Of a stretch of DNA of 40,421 bases, positions 9,711 through 18,950 are shown in pieces. The stretch is taken from IMG/VR virus record IMGVR_UViG_3300010376_000069, positions 1-40,421 of that record; one strand, given 5' to 3'. Origin of the DNA: a virus (lineage: Duplodnaviria > Caudoviricetes). Positions within the stretch are counted from its first letter, which is position 1. Every line of letters starts with the position of its first letter. The notes beneath the pieces are model-generated. The model searched no databases. It was given only the letters and a program-made list of their open reading frames with translations, and was not told the origin of the DNA. Both the position numbers and the translations under genes were made by a program.

Positions 9711-10213
9711 TATTTTCTCTTCCTTGGCCGGGTGCCTTTGTGAATCAACCGCATGGCCTCTGGGGGAACACCGCTCTCGGCGTAGTGGAAGCCGTAGTAG
9801 TTCTCGGTGTCGGACGGGTCAGGCTCAGTGCGGATCTGGTTGGTGTCGATAGCCCAGACGTCATGCACACCTTGCTGCTGGCGAGCGAACAGTCCAGCAG
9901 CGGGGCGGCTCGGATTGACCTCACCGTACGGCCCCAGATAGGCCCCTTCTGGAGCAGTTGCCCTGGTCTCGACACCTCTGGCTGAGCCACGTAGGGGATC
10001 CTTGGACAGCAGACCCTGTCGCTGGATCGAAGCCCGGTTGCGCGCAGGCGAGTGGTGATACAGGTACTTCCCGATGGTGCTGCCACCCTCAGGCTGCGGG
10101 TAGTTCGGGTTGGGGCGCGGTCCCGGCTGGGGGTAGTCCTTCTTGGTGGGGATGGACTTGATGTCGAATAGTCGCCCAGAGAACTGCTCACCGTTCAGGG
10201 CACTGTGGCTCAT
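9710..10213 (-). CDS. ADP-ribosyltransferase-fold protein (Tpt1/KptA-like signature)
   Basis: YLYHHSPARNRASIQRQGL, GAYLG, VWAIDT, GVPPEAMRLI. Confidence 0.65.
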   Translation of the reverse strand: MSHSALNGEQFSGRLFDIKSIPTKKDYPQPGPRPNPNYPQPEGGSTIGKYLYHHSPARNRASIQRQGLLSKDPLRGSARGVETRATAPEGAYLGPYGEVNPSRPAAGLFARQQQGVHDVWAIDTNQIRTEPDPSDTENYYGFHYAESGVPPEAMRLIHKGTRPRKRK

Positions 10214-11335
10214 CTACCACCACCCGACCCATCCCGTGTTGATGGTGGTGTAGGCCCAGTAGTACCCGGTCCCCGTCTTGGGGTCGATGTCGCGGGTCGG
10301 ATCGATGTTGAGGCTGGGCTGGAGGGCCACGATGCGATGGTTCTCGTAGTCGATGAGATCCTGGGGCTGGTACTGGCGCTCTGGATTCCAGGTGCCCTGG
10401 TACGTGTACATCTTCTGGGTCACGTCGATCTCGGGCATCTCGCGCTGCGGCCAGGTGATGTCGTCGTACTCCTTCGACCGGTAGATGGGCACGAGCCGCT
10501 TGGTGGTCCGAGAGACACGTCGCAGTCGGCTCTGTGTAATCCGGTAGAGGCCCACGCCCAGGGCTGACGACAGATTCAGGTACTGCTGGTTCAGCCGGTC
10601 GATCATCTGGGTGATCTGATTGAAGGTCTGGCTGATCGGGATCGTCACGCCGTCCGGGGTATGGACGTCGTGCTGCTGGGCCACGCCCACCGCGATGTCC
10701 CACAGGGCCATGACGGTGACCAGGATCGAGATGGGGTACTCCTCGACCTCCTGGATCATCATGGGGGCCGGGGTGCCGTAGGCGATGGGCTGACCGCCTG
10801 TGCCCAACTGGGGAGGCCCAGGAGGGGGCGGGTACCCCATGTCGATCTGGCCTTCCCAGTTCTTGTCCATCCCGTAGGTGTGCTGGATGTAGGCCGTCCG
10901 CACATACAGGTCAAGCTCGGGGGGCAGCAGGTCGCGGTAATAGGTGCCCTGGGCCACCATGAGCATGCCCGTCGCCGGGGCCTCCCGGAAGGTCAGGATC
11001 CCACCGTGGTCGTCCAGGAGGAACTGCTGATCCACCGCGCAGGCGGTAGTACCCCCTTCGGTCGTGTCCGTGAGCACTACCTGGAGGGCATCGCGCTGGA
11101 TGTTCTCGACGGGAAGCTCAAAGCGCCACGCCACGCCGGAGCAGGTCTGCCGACAGATGAAGGGCCGGGGCAGATCCCGCAGCCGGAGTCGAGCCATCTG
11201 TGCGATGCGCTGAGTCGAAGATGGGTTGACCGGTGGGTATAGCTGCCCCTGGTCCGAGTCGGGGTACTGCCCCGGCGTACCAGCGGTGATGTCATAGGGG
11301 TTCGGTAGCCCGGAGACCGGACCAGTCAGTGACAC
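10214..11335 (-). CDS. Putative head-to-tail adaptor/neck protein
   Basis: RLRLRDLPRPF, VEEYPISIL, DVHTPDGVTIPISQ, LRRVSRTTKRLVPIY; short C-terminal YQGTWNPERQY module. Confidence 0.65.
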   Translation of the reverse strand: MSLTGPVSGLPNPYDITAGTPGQYPDSDQGQLYPPVNPSSTQRIAQMARLRLRDLPRPFICRQTCSGVAWRFELPVENIQRDALQVVLTDTTEGGTTACAVDQQFLLDDHGGILTFREAPATGMLMVAQGTYYRDLLPPELDLYVRTAYIQHTYGMDKNWEGQIDMGYPPPPGPPQLGTGGQPIAYGTPAPMMIQEVEEYPISILVTVMALWDIAVGVAQQHDVHTPDGVTIPISQTFNQITQMIDRLNQQYLNLSSALGVGLYRITQSRLRRVSRTTKRLVPIYRSKEYDDITWPQREMPEIDVTQKMYTYQGTWNPERQYQPQDLIDYENHRIVALQPSLNIDPTRDIDPKTGTGYYWAYTTINTGWVGWW

Positions 11336-11342
11336 AGCACCA

Positions 11343-11348
11343 AGGCTA
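11343..11348 (-). promoter_or_regulatory. Putative -10 element (TAGCCT) of a leaderless transcript for the inverted block
   Basis: TANNNT 7 nt upstream of GTG 11335; no SD. Confidence 0.45.
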
Positions 11349-11460
11349 CGTCCGGGTGGTCAGGGGGGACGCGACACCCCGACCTAGCATTGTCACCAAC
11401 CGGCCCGCCAACGCCGGGGTCAGCAGTTTCGCCAAAAAATGCCCAGCCGACAGGGGAAAA

Positions 11461-11886
11461 ATGCCTTCTCCTTTATTCAACTGCGTCAAACCAGGAGACG
11501 TAGCCAAGCTGGGCAGAATGGCGGATCAGTTCAAGAGGATGTCCAGAGAGCGGACGGTCAGGGGCGCTGCGGCCAAGGCTGGTGGCACTCTCCGCAACAC
11601 CATGCAAAGCCTGGTGCAAGGCGACCCCAGCCTGAAGGAGTACCAGGACGTTGCTGCTGCCTTTCATGTCTGGCATGACCAGAAGAACGTCAACGTCGGC
11701 CTTCCGCCTGGACACTCGATGATGGGTCAGGCCGAGAAGATGCACCAGAGCTATCAGGTGAGCGATGTGGCGATGGATCTGGCGAAGCAGTCGGGTGAGG
11801 TTGAAGCTCAGTTCATCAAGGAGTTGCAGGATCGCTCGCGGGCCTGGTACCAGAAGTTCCTGGGCATGAGGGGGCCGCTCGGATGA
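11461..11886 (+). CDS. Hypothetical virion morphogenesis protein
   Basis: ATG 11461 after GGGGAAAA; ATGA overlap with the next gene. Confidence 0.65.
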   Translation: MPSPLFNCVKPGDVAKLGRMADQFKRMSRERTVRGAAAKAGGTLRNTMQSLVQGDPSLKEYQDVAAAFHVWHDQKNVNVGLPPGHSMMGQAEKMHQSYQVSDVAMDLAKQSGEVEAQFIKELQDRSRAWYQKFLGMRGPLG

Positions 11887-12611
11887 CGATGGTCAACCCG
11901 CCCACTGACGTAGTACCCAACCCCCCCTTCCTGGGGCTGTACACAGAGGAGGACATGGGTCTAAAGACGCTCCTCCAGGGCGTCACGGTCACCGACCTCA
12001 ATGCCAAGGATCCTGACGCCCCCCGCCCGGTACCGGTGTGGTTCCACAACCCGGAGAGAGAAGAGCGCCGGATCACCTACCCCAACATCGTGATCAACAT
12101 CACGGGGGAGCGGGTGGCTCATGAGCGCGAGCACCGTGGATATGTCCCCATCGGGTACCGCTACCTCCAGAACATCCCGCTGCCGGAGCCGAACCCCTCG
12201 ATCTGGTGGCCCACCCCGCTGGACTTCGACTACACGGTGACGGCGTCTGCCCGGATCAACCAGCACATCAGCCAGATCAGCGGCACCCTGGCGATGGGGC
12301 GACTGCATCCGCGCTTCGCTCAGATGGATTGCCCAGGTGGCACGGTGCGCCGGATCACCATCATGGGAGTCAGTCGCACCAACAGCATGGAGGCTGACAA
12401 GCGGCTCTTCCGGCAGATCTATCAGGTCCGCATCTCGACTGAGGTGGAGGATCCCGTCACCCTGCTCACCACGAGGGTGCGTCGCCTCGCCCTCACCATC
12501 ACCGACATGCAAGGCAACACCCTGCGGAGTCCGAGATACACCAGCACCATAAACCCTGGCGGTGAGCCAGCCCCCGAAACACCCGGCCAGTACCAATCAG
12601 TGGAGGAATAG
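11883..12611 (+). CDS. Tail completion/terminator-like protein
   Basis: Directly upstream of sheath; VPVWFHNPERE..TYPNIVI, PTPLDFDYTV. Confidence 0.7.
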   Translation: MTMVNPPTDVVPNPPFLGLYTEEDMGLKTLLQGVTVTDLNAKDPDAPRPVPVWFHNPEREERRITYPNIVINITGERVAHEREHRGYVPIGYRYLQNIPLPEPNPSIWWPTPLDFDYTVTASARINQHISQISGTLAMGRLHPRFAQMDCPGGTVRRITIMGVSRTNSMEADKRLFRQIYQVRISTEVEDPVTLLTTRVRRLALTITDMQGNTLRSPRYTSTINPGGEPAPETPGQYQSVEE

Positions 12612-12614
12612 CCC

Positions 12615-14393
12615 ATGCCCACCTTGACCAGGCCAGGGGTCTACGTCGATGAGTCGTCGTTCCCCACCTACGTTGGTGCCACGCCGGGTACGGCGGCGGC
12701 GTGCTTCGTAGGCCCATGTCCCCGTGGCCCCCTGACGCCCACCCGTGTGAACTCCTGGAAGGAGTTCACGCAGTCGTATGGGGGCTTTGAGAACGTCTAC
12801 CCGCCCAGCAATCTGCACCTGGCGGTCTACTGCTACTTCTCGGCGGGTGGCTCCAGTGCGGTGATCATCCGGGCCATCCGGCTCGACGCGTCAGGCCCGG
12901 TCCTGGCCTCTACGACCTTCAATGACCAGGCCACCACGTCGGTGCCCACTCTCCAGGTTGAAGCGGCCAACCCAGGGGCATGGGGCAACAATCTGTGGGT
13001 CAACATCCAGGCCGGTAACGTTCTGAACTCGTTGCTGGAGCCGATCACGTTCCATATCCAGGTGATGTACCAGGGCAGCGGACCAGGCAATGTGGTGGAG
13101 ACCTTCAAGGATCTCTCGATGACGCCGGGGTCGACCAACCAGGGTCAAAACAACTACGCCATCCCCTTCGTCAACAACCCCTATACCGGATCGAAGTTCA
13201 TCCAGTTGGTGGACTTGAACGCCGGGAGCAATGTGCCCCGGACGATCACCGATGGTGTGACCACGATCAACACCCCCAACTTCACGTCGGCCACCGCCAA
13301 CTTCGTTGAGTCCGACGAGGGGGGCACGATTGTGGGGGCCGGGATCCCTCCTGGTACGACGATCAGTGACGTGACCAGTGCGACGGCCATCGTCTTGTCT
13401 CAGAACGCGACGGCTACTGCAACGGCTGTGCATTGCACCATCACGCCTGCCGCCTGGATCAACAACCCGGCGACCACCGCAGCCCCGGTCAACCTGACCG
13501 GAGGTAGCGATGGCTCGCCCATCACCTTCCAGGATCAGTTCGCTGCCCTCCAGCTACTGGATCAGATGCCGGATCAGCCTTTCGTGATCAATATGCCGGG
13601 GTACACCAACGGCTCAGACATCTCCAGCGTGGTGGGTTACGCGGAGCAGCGTGGCAATGGCTTCGTGGTCATCGACTGCCCGCCTGGCATGAGTCCCAGT
13701 GGCATGGTGACCTACGCCCAGGGCATGTCAGCCAGCGCCCAGGCTGCCATCTACTACCCCCAGGTACAGATCTCCGATCCGTACTACTCCACTCCTGGGG
13801 TGACCAGGATGGTGCCGCCTGGAGGCTTCGTCGTCGGGAAGTACATCGACACCGACACCAAGAGAGGGGTGCAGAAGGCCCCAGCGGGTCTGGGGGCCTC
13901 GCTGCTCGGGGCCTATGGTCTGGAGAGCACGTTGACTAATGCGGATCAGGGCAACCTGACCCAGGCCAATGTCAACTGCTTGATCTCAGTGCCAGGGTCC
14001 GGGGTGGTGATCTGGGGTGCTCGCACCCTGTCGCCCTACCTCGTGACGCGGTACGTCTCGGTGGAGCGGTCGTTGATCTACATCTCCACTCAGTTGGTGG
14101 CGCTCTCCAAGTTCGCGGTGTTTGAGCCGAACGACTGGGTGCTGTGGAACTCGATCACCTCGATCCTCAGCCAGTTCTTGAACCAGTTCTGGCAGAGCGG
14201 TGGCCTCCAGGGCACCAATGCTCAGGAGGCGTACTACGTCACCTGTGACGACACCGTCAACACCCCTGCCACCATCCAACAGGGCATCGTCAACGTCGAG
14301 GTCGGTGTGGCTCTTCAGTACCCCGCCGAGTTCGTCGTCATCGCTATCGGTCAGTGGGCTGGCGGTCAGAGCGTCAGCGTCGCGACCATCTGA
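12615..14393 (+). CDS. Tail sheath protein
   Basis: RPGVYVDE, FVG..PRGP, NPGAWGN, YYP, KAPAG, WGARTL, YVSVER, FAVFEPND, PAEFV. Confidence 0.96.
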   Translation: MPTLTRPGVYVDESSFPTYVGATPGTAAACFVGPCPRGPLTPTRVNSWKEFTQSYGGFENVYPPSNLHLAVYCYFSAGGSSAVIIRAIRLDASGPVLASTTFNDQATTSVPTLQVEAANPGAWGNNLWVNIQAGNVLNSLLEPITFHIQVMYQGSGPGNVVETFKDLSMTPGSTNQGQNNYAIPFVNNPYTGSKFIQLVDLNAGSNVPRTITDGVTTINTPNFTSATANFVESDEGGTIVGAGIPPGTTISDVTSATAIVLSQNATATATAVHCTITPAAWINNPATTAAPVNLTGGSDGSPITFQDQFAALQLLDQMPDQPFVINMPGYTNGSDISSVVGYAEQRGNGFVVIDCPPGMSPSGMVTYAQGMSASAQAAIYYPQVQISDPYYSTPGVTRMVPPGGFVVGKYIDTDTKRGVQKAPAGLGASLLGAYGLESTLTNADQGNLTQANVNCLISVPGSGVVIWGARTLSPYLVTRYVSVERSLIYISTQLVALSKFAVFEPNDWVLWNSITSILSQFLNQFWQSGGLQGTNAQEAYYVTCDDTVNTPATIQQGIVNVEVGVALQYPAEFVVIAIGQWAGGQSVSVATI

Positions 14394-14402
14394 GGAGGAA
14401 CC

Positions 14403-15020
14403 ATGCCCAACCGACCACTGAACTCTGATCCCCTCCGGAACTTCAAGTTCCACGTCACGATCACCTCACCGAACTCCACCGCCGTGCCCGCCAGTATCAA
14501 CAAGATGGGCTTCATGGCGGTGTCTGGTCTCTCGGTCAACAACGAGGTCATCCCGTACCGTGAAGGCGGCGACAACACCACCACGAGGAAGATGCCAGGC
14601 CAGTCGGACTTTGGCCCTCTGACCCTGACTCGTGGCTTCATGGCGGTGCCGGTAGGTGTCAGTGCGGGCGGCTCCAGTGAGATCTACGACTGGTTCCAGA
14701 TGATCTTCGCGGTCAGCGGTTCTGGTGGAGGCACTAACCCTGGGGGCTTGGACTTCAGGACCGGTGTCACCATCGACATCCTGGATCATCCGATCACCAA
14801 GGGTTCCAAGGCAGCCGGTCAGCCCTGGGGGAACTCCCCTCCCATCAAGGCTCGCTTTGCGGTGTACAACGCCTGGCCGATGGGTTACAGCTTCAGTGAC
14901 CTTGAGGCCGGTGGCAATGCCGTCTTCATCGAGAACCTGACCCTGGCCCATGAGGGCTTCGGCATCGTGACCGCCACCATGAATCCAGGGGACTATGTCG
15001 GTGGGTCCAAGATGCCATGA
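14403..15020 (+). CDS. Tail tube protein (T4 gp19-like)
   Basis: DPLRNFKF, YREGG...KMPGQ, LTLTRG, NAWP, SDLEAG, IENLTLAHEG. Confidence 0.95.
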   Translation: MPNRPLNSDPLRNFKFHVTITSPNSTAVPASINKMGFMAVSGLSVNNEVIPYREGGDNTTTRKMPGQSDFGPLTLTRGFMAVPVGVSAGGSSEIYDWFQMIFAVSGSGGGTNPGGLDFRTGVTIDILDHPITKGSKAAGQPWGNSPPIKARFAVYNAWPMGYSFSDLEAGGNAVFIENLTLAHEGFGIVTATMNPGDYVGGSKMP

Positions 15021-15850
15021 GCGATCCTCTGGCTGAGTTCACCGGGACAGTCGTTGACCCCCGGATAAATCCGGAAGCGGCCAACGAACTAGCCGACCGA
15101 CTGACCCGGTCTGATGTGCCACTCATGCCACCCCTCCCGGCAGACACGGTGATGCTTCCAGGGGGTTACCTGGATGAGGATGGACTACTCCACACTGAGG
15201 CGCGCATCCGCGAGATCAATGGGTCCGATGAAGAGGCCATGGCTCGTGAGCTTCGCAGCCCGACGATGAACATCCCGAAGGTGGTGGATCTCATCGTCAA
15301 GCGGTGTGTGCTCTCAGTGGGAGAGCTTGAGTCGACACCCAAGCTGCTCGCTCAGATGCTGACGGGAGATCGGGCCGCTCTCATGCTGGCGATCCGTATC
15401 CTCACCTTCGGTACGGAGTGGGAAGTGCCTGACTTCCCGTGCCGGATCTGTAGTCAGACCTTTGGCACCATCGTGGAGTTGGACACCACCATCGAGATCC
15501 GCAAGATGAAGAACCCCAAGGTGCAGGACATCGAGGTGGAGCTACGCAACGGCCACCTTGCTCTGGTGCATCTGCTGACCGGGGCCGTCCAGCTTGAGAT
15601 GGTGGGTGACGGCAACAGGACCGGCCCAGAGGAAGCCACTATTGCTATCGACCGTTCGATCCGGTCCATCGATGGCAATCCGGTAACGGGTCATGTCGCT
15701 CAGAAGATGAGCATGGCTGACCGCCGCAAAATCATCCAGGCCATGTCCGATCAACAACCCGGCCCGCGCCTGGAGGAGGTGATGGTCACATGCTCCGAAT
15801 GCGGGCGGGAGGCCGACTACCAGATCAGTCTGGTCGATCTCTTTCGTTAA
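15017..15850 (+). CDS. Tail assembly chaperone / baseplate hub assembly protein
   Basis: Between tube and tape measure; IREING.DEE, GDR..L.L.IR..TFG, two CxxC motifs, ends DLFR. Confidence 0.8.
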   Translation: MSDPLAEFTGTVVDPRINPEAANELADRLTRSDVPLMPPLPADTVMLPGGYLDEDGLLHTEARIREINGSDEEAMARELRSPTMNIPKVVDLIVKRCVLSVGELESTPKLLAQMLTGDRAALMLAIRILTFGTEWEVPDFPCRICSQTFGTIVELDTTIEIRKMKNPKVQDIEVELRNGHLALVHLLTGAVQLEMVGDGNRTGPEEATIAIDRSIRSIDGNPVTGHVAQKMSMADRRKIIQAMSDQQPGPRLEEVMVTCSECGREADYQISLVDLFR

Positions 15851-15989
15851 CGAACTCACCCACCTCGACCTGTTGTACCTCCAGTACCGGAGAATCGCTG
15901 AGCGGTTCCCAGGTTGGAGTCTGTCCGAGATTAAGGCCATGGGATACCCGGAGCGGATGCACTGGGTCCAAGTCGTCCTGGAGAAATAA
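15843..15989 (+). CDS. Second chaperone segment, probably expressed by +1 frameshift from 15017
   Basis: Open +1 frame FVNELTHLDLLYLQYRRIAERFPGWSLSEIKAMGYPERMHWVQVVLEK; stop abuts tape measure GTG 15990; no SD-linked start. Confidence 0.75.
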   Translation, partial: FVNELTHLDLLYLQYRRIAERFPGWSLSEIKAMGYPERMHWVQVVLEK

Positions 15990-18950
15990 GTGGCTGACGG
16001 CTACGGCGTAGGGCTGTTCGACAGCACCGGCCCTGAGAACTTCGCCAAGTCCATTGGCAAGATCACGTCGGCCCTGACCGGGGTCCAGAGTGCCTTCAGT
16101 AGCTTTGGTTCTACAGCGAGGACAAGCATTGGTGGTCTCACGCAGCTTGTCGATAGCTTGACCAAGAGCCTTTCCGGCTTGCAGACGCAAATCCAACAGG
16201 TGCAGTCCGCAGTAGGTGGAATGGGTGGAGGCGGGGGTGGAGGCGGGGGTGGAGGGCCTTCTACTCCAAGCGGTGCTGGGAGCGGCGGGGTTGGAGCGCG
16301 GGGACTGGTCATCGCAGGCAAGAACTGGGTTTCGCCCTCTGGAGGTGGCCCTGGTGGTTACGACCAGGGGCCAACCGGTGGTGCTCAAGGTGGGCGTCCG
16401 ATGGATCCGGGCACTGCCGGGGCTATCAATGATCAGTTGAAGGATGTCTGGACGCGGATGCCGGAACAGACTCCGAAGCCCCAGACGCAGCAGTCGATGA
16501 CCAATGCGCCGAATGGTGGCGGTGGTGGCGGGATGCTCCAGCGCGCCGCCCAGTCGCTCCCGGCTGCTGCCTTCGGCGCAGCGGTGAACACCATGCAGCC
16601 GGGGGGCTGGGGGGCCAGCATGGTCTCAGCAGCGGTCCAGGGCCAGTGGATCGGGGCCAATATCGGAGCGGCTTACGGGGCCACGGGTGCTCAGCAGCGC
16701 TCCATGTACGTCATCCCTGGCGGCACCTACGCCCAGAGCGCGGCTGACTACGCCCAGTCCAACCAGTACATGCAGATGTACATGGGGGCCAACCCCTTCC
16801 AGAACCCGAACACCATCGCTGGGCAGAACGCTGCCGCCTTCAACCGTGGTGCTCAGCAACTCATGACGCTGAACCCCACCATGACCCGGCAGCAGGCCAT
16901 GGTGGCCCAGAACCAGATGCAGCAGCCGGGAGTGCTCAACGCTGGCCTCATGTTCGGCTTGAACTTCAAGCCTGGCGGCAAGGCCATGGACTCCCAGACC
17001 CAGATGGACATGATCTTCAACAAGCTGTTCGCAGGCTTCCCCGGTGGGAGACCGTCAGGTGATCAGTTTGCGTCGTACATGGCTCCTGGTGGCCCAGGAG
17101 AGAACAACCTGGCTGCCCTGGGCATCACGCCTGGGTCTGACATGTACGCCAGCTTCATGACCTACGCCCAGGCCAAGATCGGCCTGTCTGCTCAGGGCAA
17201 GGCCATGCCCTCCAACATCGGCACGAAGGCTGGAGCCAAGGCCATGGGTGGTGTCGGCAACACAGCGGCCTACGCCCAGCTACAGGCTCAATCAGCCAAG
17301 TCACGCATGGAGTCTCAGGCTGAGCCGGGTCTGGCGTCAGCAGCCAAGAATCTGAACGATGCTGCTGCTGCTCTGTTCAAGGCCGTGACCCCGTTGTCTG
17401 CCCTGGCTGGTGGTGGGATCGGCAAACTCTTCGGTGGACAGGGCCTGCTGGGCGGGGTCATGAACATGATCCCAGGCGGTGGCATCGCTCAGTCTCTGAT
17501 CGGTGGCACTATCGGCAAGATCCCTGGTGTCGGCGGGATCATCAAGAGCATCTTCCAGCAGGGTGGACTTGTCCCAGGATCCGGCCCGCAGTTGGCTGTC
17601 GTCCACGGCGGTGAGTACGTCCTCACCAAGGACGACGTCGACAAGATGCAGGGCAAGAAGGGCGGTCACGGTGGTGGGAACGGTGCCGGTCTCCTGGCTG
17701 CTGGTGCTGGTGGCGGTGGTGGTCAGGGTGGTAACCAGACCATCGGTCAGTTGCTCGCGGCCAAGCCCAGCGATGCGGCTGTCACTAACACCGTGCTCGG
17801 CCAGTTACTGAATCCCCTTCCTGGTGGGTCAGCCATAGCGCAGATGTTCAAGCCGGGTGCTCAGCAGGGTGCAGGCAAGACGGCTGCTCCTGCCCAGGCT
17901 GGCGGTAAGGGAAATGCTGGTGTAACTGCTGTCGGGGGCCTTGACCGCGTGATGTCAAGTCTGGGTATCCAACCTGGCACTCCGGCAGCCGCCAATCTCA
18001 CCGCCCTCTTGGGTGGAACTCTGGCTGGGGGAGGGGCAGGGACAGGAGGTGCTGCGAGCACCACCAACACCGGGACCGCCGCTAATGCTGCAACGACCAG
18101 TCCCTGGAACTACAAGTCGGCGGGCTTGGGGCCGATGGATCTGTCAGGGATGTTCGCACCCACAAGCCAAACCTCAGACGGTAGTGGTAGTGGATCTGGT
18201 GGCTCAGGTGGCACTGGTGCTGGTGCGCCCACCAATCTGAGCGGGAGCGGCAACGTCCAGCAGGCGTACAACTACTTCCTTGGTAAGGGCCTGAAGGACT
18301 ACCAGGCGGCAGGCATCCTGGGCAATCTCGCCCAAGAGTCCGGGGTTGATCCAACACGGGCACAGGCGGGTGGGCCTGGGCGAGGCATCGCTCAGTGGGG
18401 TACCGGGCCTGGTTCAGGTCAACGCTGGGATGCGCTGACGGCCTGGGCCAAGGGTCAGAACCGTGATCCGATGAGCCTGTCCACTCAGCTTGACTACATG
18501 TGGAACGTCGAGTTGGCCGGTGCTTACGCGGGTGTGCTGGCACAACTGAAGGGGACGGCGAATGTCACCGACGCCACCACGGTCTTTGAGCAGGGCTATG
18601 AGGCTGCGGGCACGCCCGCCATGGCGAACCGCATCAGCTATGCCCAGAAGGTTCTGGCGTCCAAGGGGGCCAGTTACGCCCGTGGCACCCAGAACATCGC
18701 CCGTAGTCAGTTGGCTCTGCTGCACCGTGGTGAGGCGGTGGTCTCTGCTGCTGACAACTACTCGTCCAACCCCTATAACAAGGGCGGGGCACAGGGGAAC
18801 GCCAGTGTGGTGCATCTCAACTTCAAGTCAGGCTCCATCGTGCTACAAGTGCCACCCGGCTCCTCCCAGCAGGACATGGACGGCATCGCCAAGCAGTTTG
18901 TCGCCGCGATCTCCAAGCCCCAGTTGCTGGCATCGGTGAGGTCGAAATAA
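15990..18950 (+). CDS. Tape measure protein with C-terminal phage tail lysozyme domain
   Basis: 986 aa, G/A/Q-rich; AAGILGNLAQES, GRGIAQW, RWDAL, QLDYMW.EL, FEQGYE, R..YA. Confidence 0.9.
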   Translation: MADGYGVGLFDSTGPENFAKSIGKITSALTGVQSAFSSFGSTARTSIGGLTQLVDSLTKSLSGLQTQIQQVQSAVGGMGGGGGGGGGGGPSTPSGAGSGGVGARGLVIAGKNWVSPSGGGPGGYDQGPTGGAQGGRPMDPGTAGAINDQLKDVWTRMPEQTPKPQTQQSMTNAPNGGGGGGMLQRAAQSLPAAAFGAAVNTMQPGGWGASMVSAAVQGQWIGANIGAAYGATGAQQRSMYVIPGGTYAQSAADYAQSNQYMQMYMGANPFQNPNTIAGQNAAAFNRGAQQLMTLNPTMTRQQAMVAQNQMQQPGVLNAGLMFGLNFKPGGKAMDSQTQMDMIFNKLFAGFPGGRPSGDQFASYMAPGGPGENNLAALGITPGSDMYASFMTYAQAKIGLSAQGKAMPSNIGTKAGAKAMGGVGNTAAYAQLQAQSAKSRMESQAEPGLASAAKNLNDAAAALFKAVTPLSALAGGGIGKLFGGQGLLGGVMNMIPGGGIAQSLIGGTIGKIPGVGGIIKSIFQQGGLVPGSGPQLAVVHGGEYVLTKDDVDKMQGKKGGHGGGNGAGLLAAGAGGGGGQGGNQTIGQLLAAKPSDAAVTNTVLGQLLNPLPGGSAIAQMFKPGAQQGAGKTAAPAQAGGKGNAGVTAVGGLDRVMSSLGIQPGTPAAANLTALLGGTLAGGGAGTGGAASTTNTGTAANAATTSPWNYKSAGLGPMDLSGMFAPTSQTSDGSGSGSGGSGGTGAGAPTNLSGSGNVQQAYNYFLGKGLKDYQAAGILGNLAQESGVDPTRAQAGGPGRGIAQWGTGPGSGQRWDALTAWAKGQNRDPMSLSTQLDYMWNVELAGAYAGVLAQLKGTANVTDATTVFEQGYEAAGTPAMANRISYAQKVLASKGASYARGTQNIARSQLALLHRGEAVVSAADNYSSNPYNKGGAQGNASVVHLNFKSGSIVLQVPPGSSQQDMDGIAKQFVAAISKPQLLASVRSK

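Noticed and set aside
5996-11380. Recombination sites flanking the inverted block (GGGGGAC-like sequences)
   Set aside because: The similarity is short, in direct rather than inverted orientation, and no recombinase is present.
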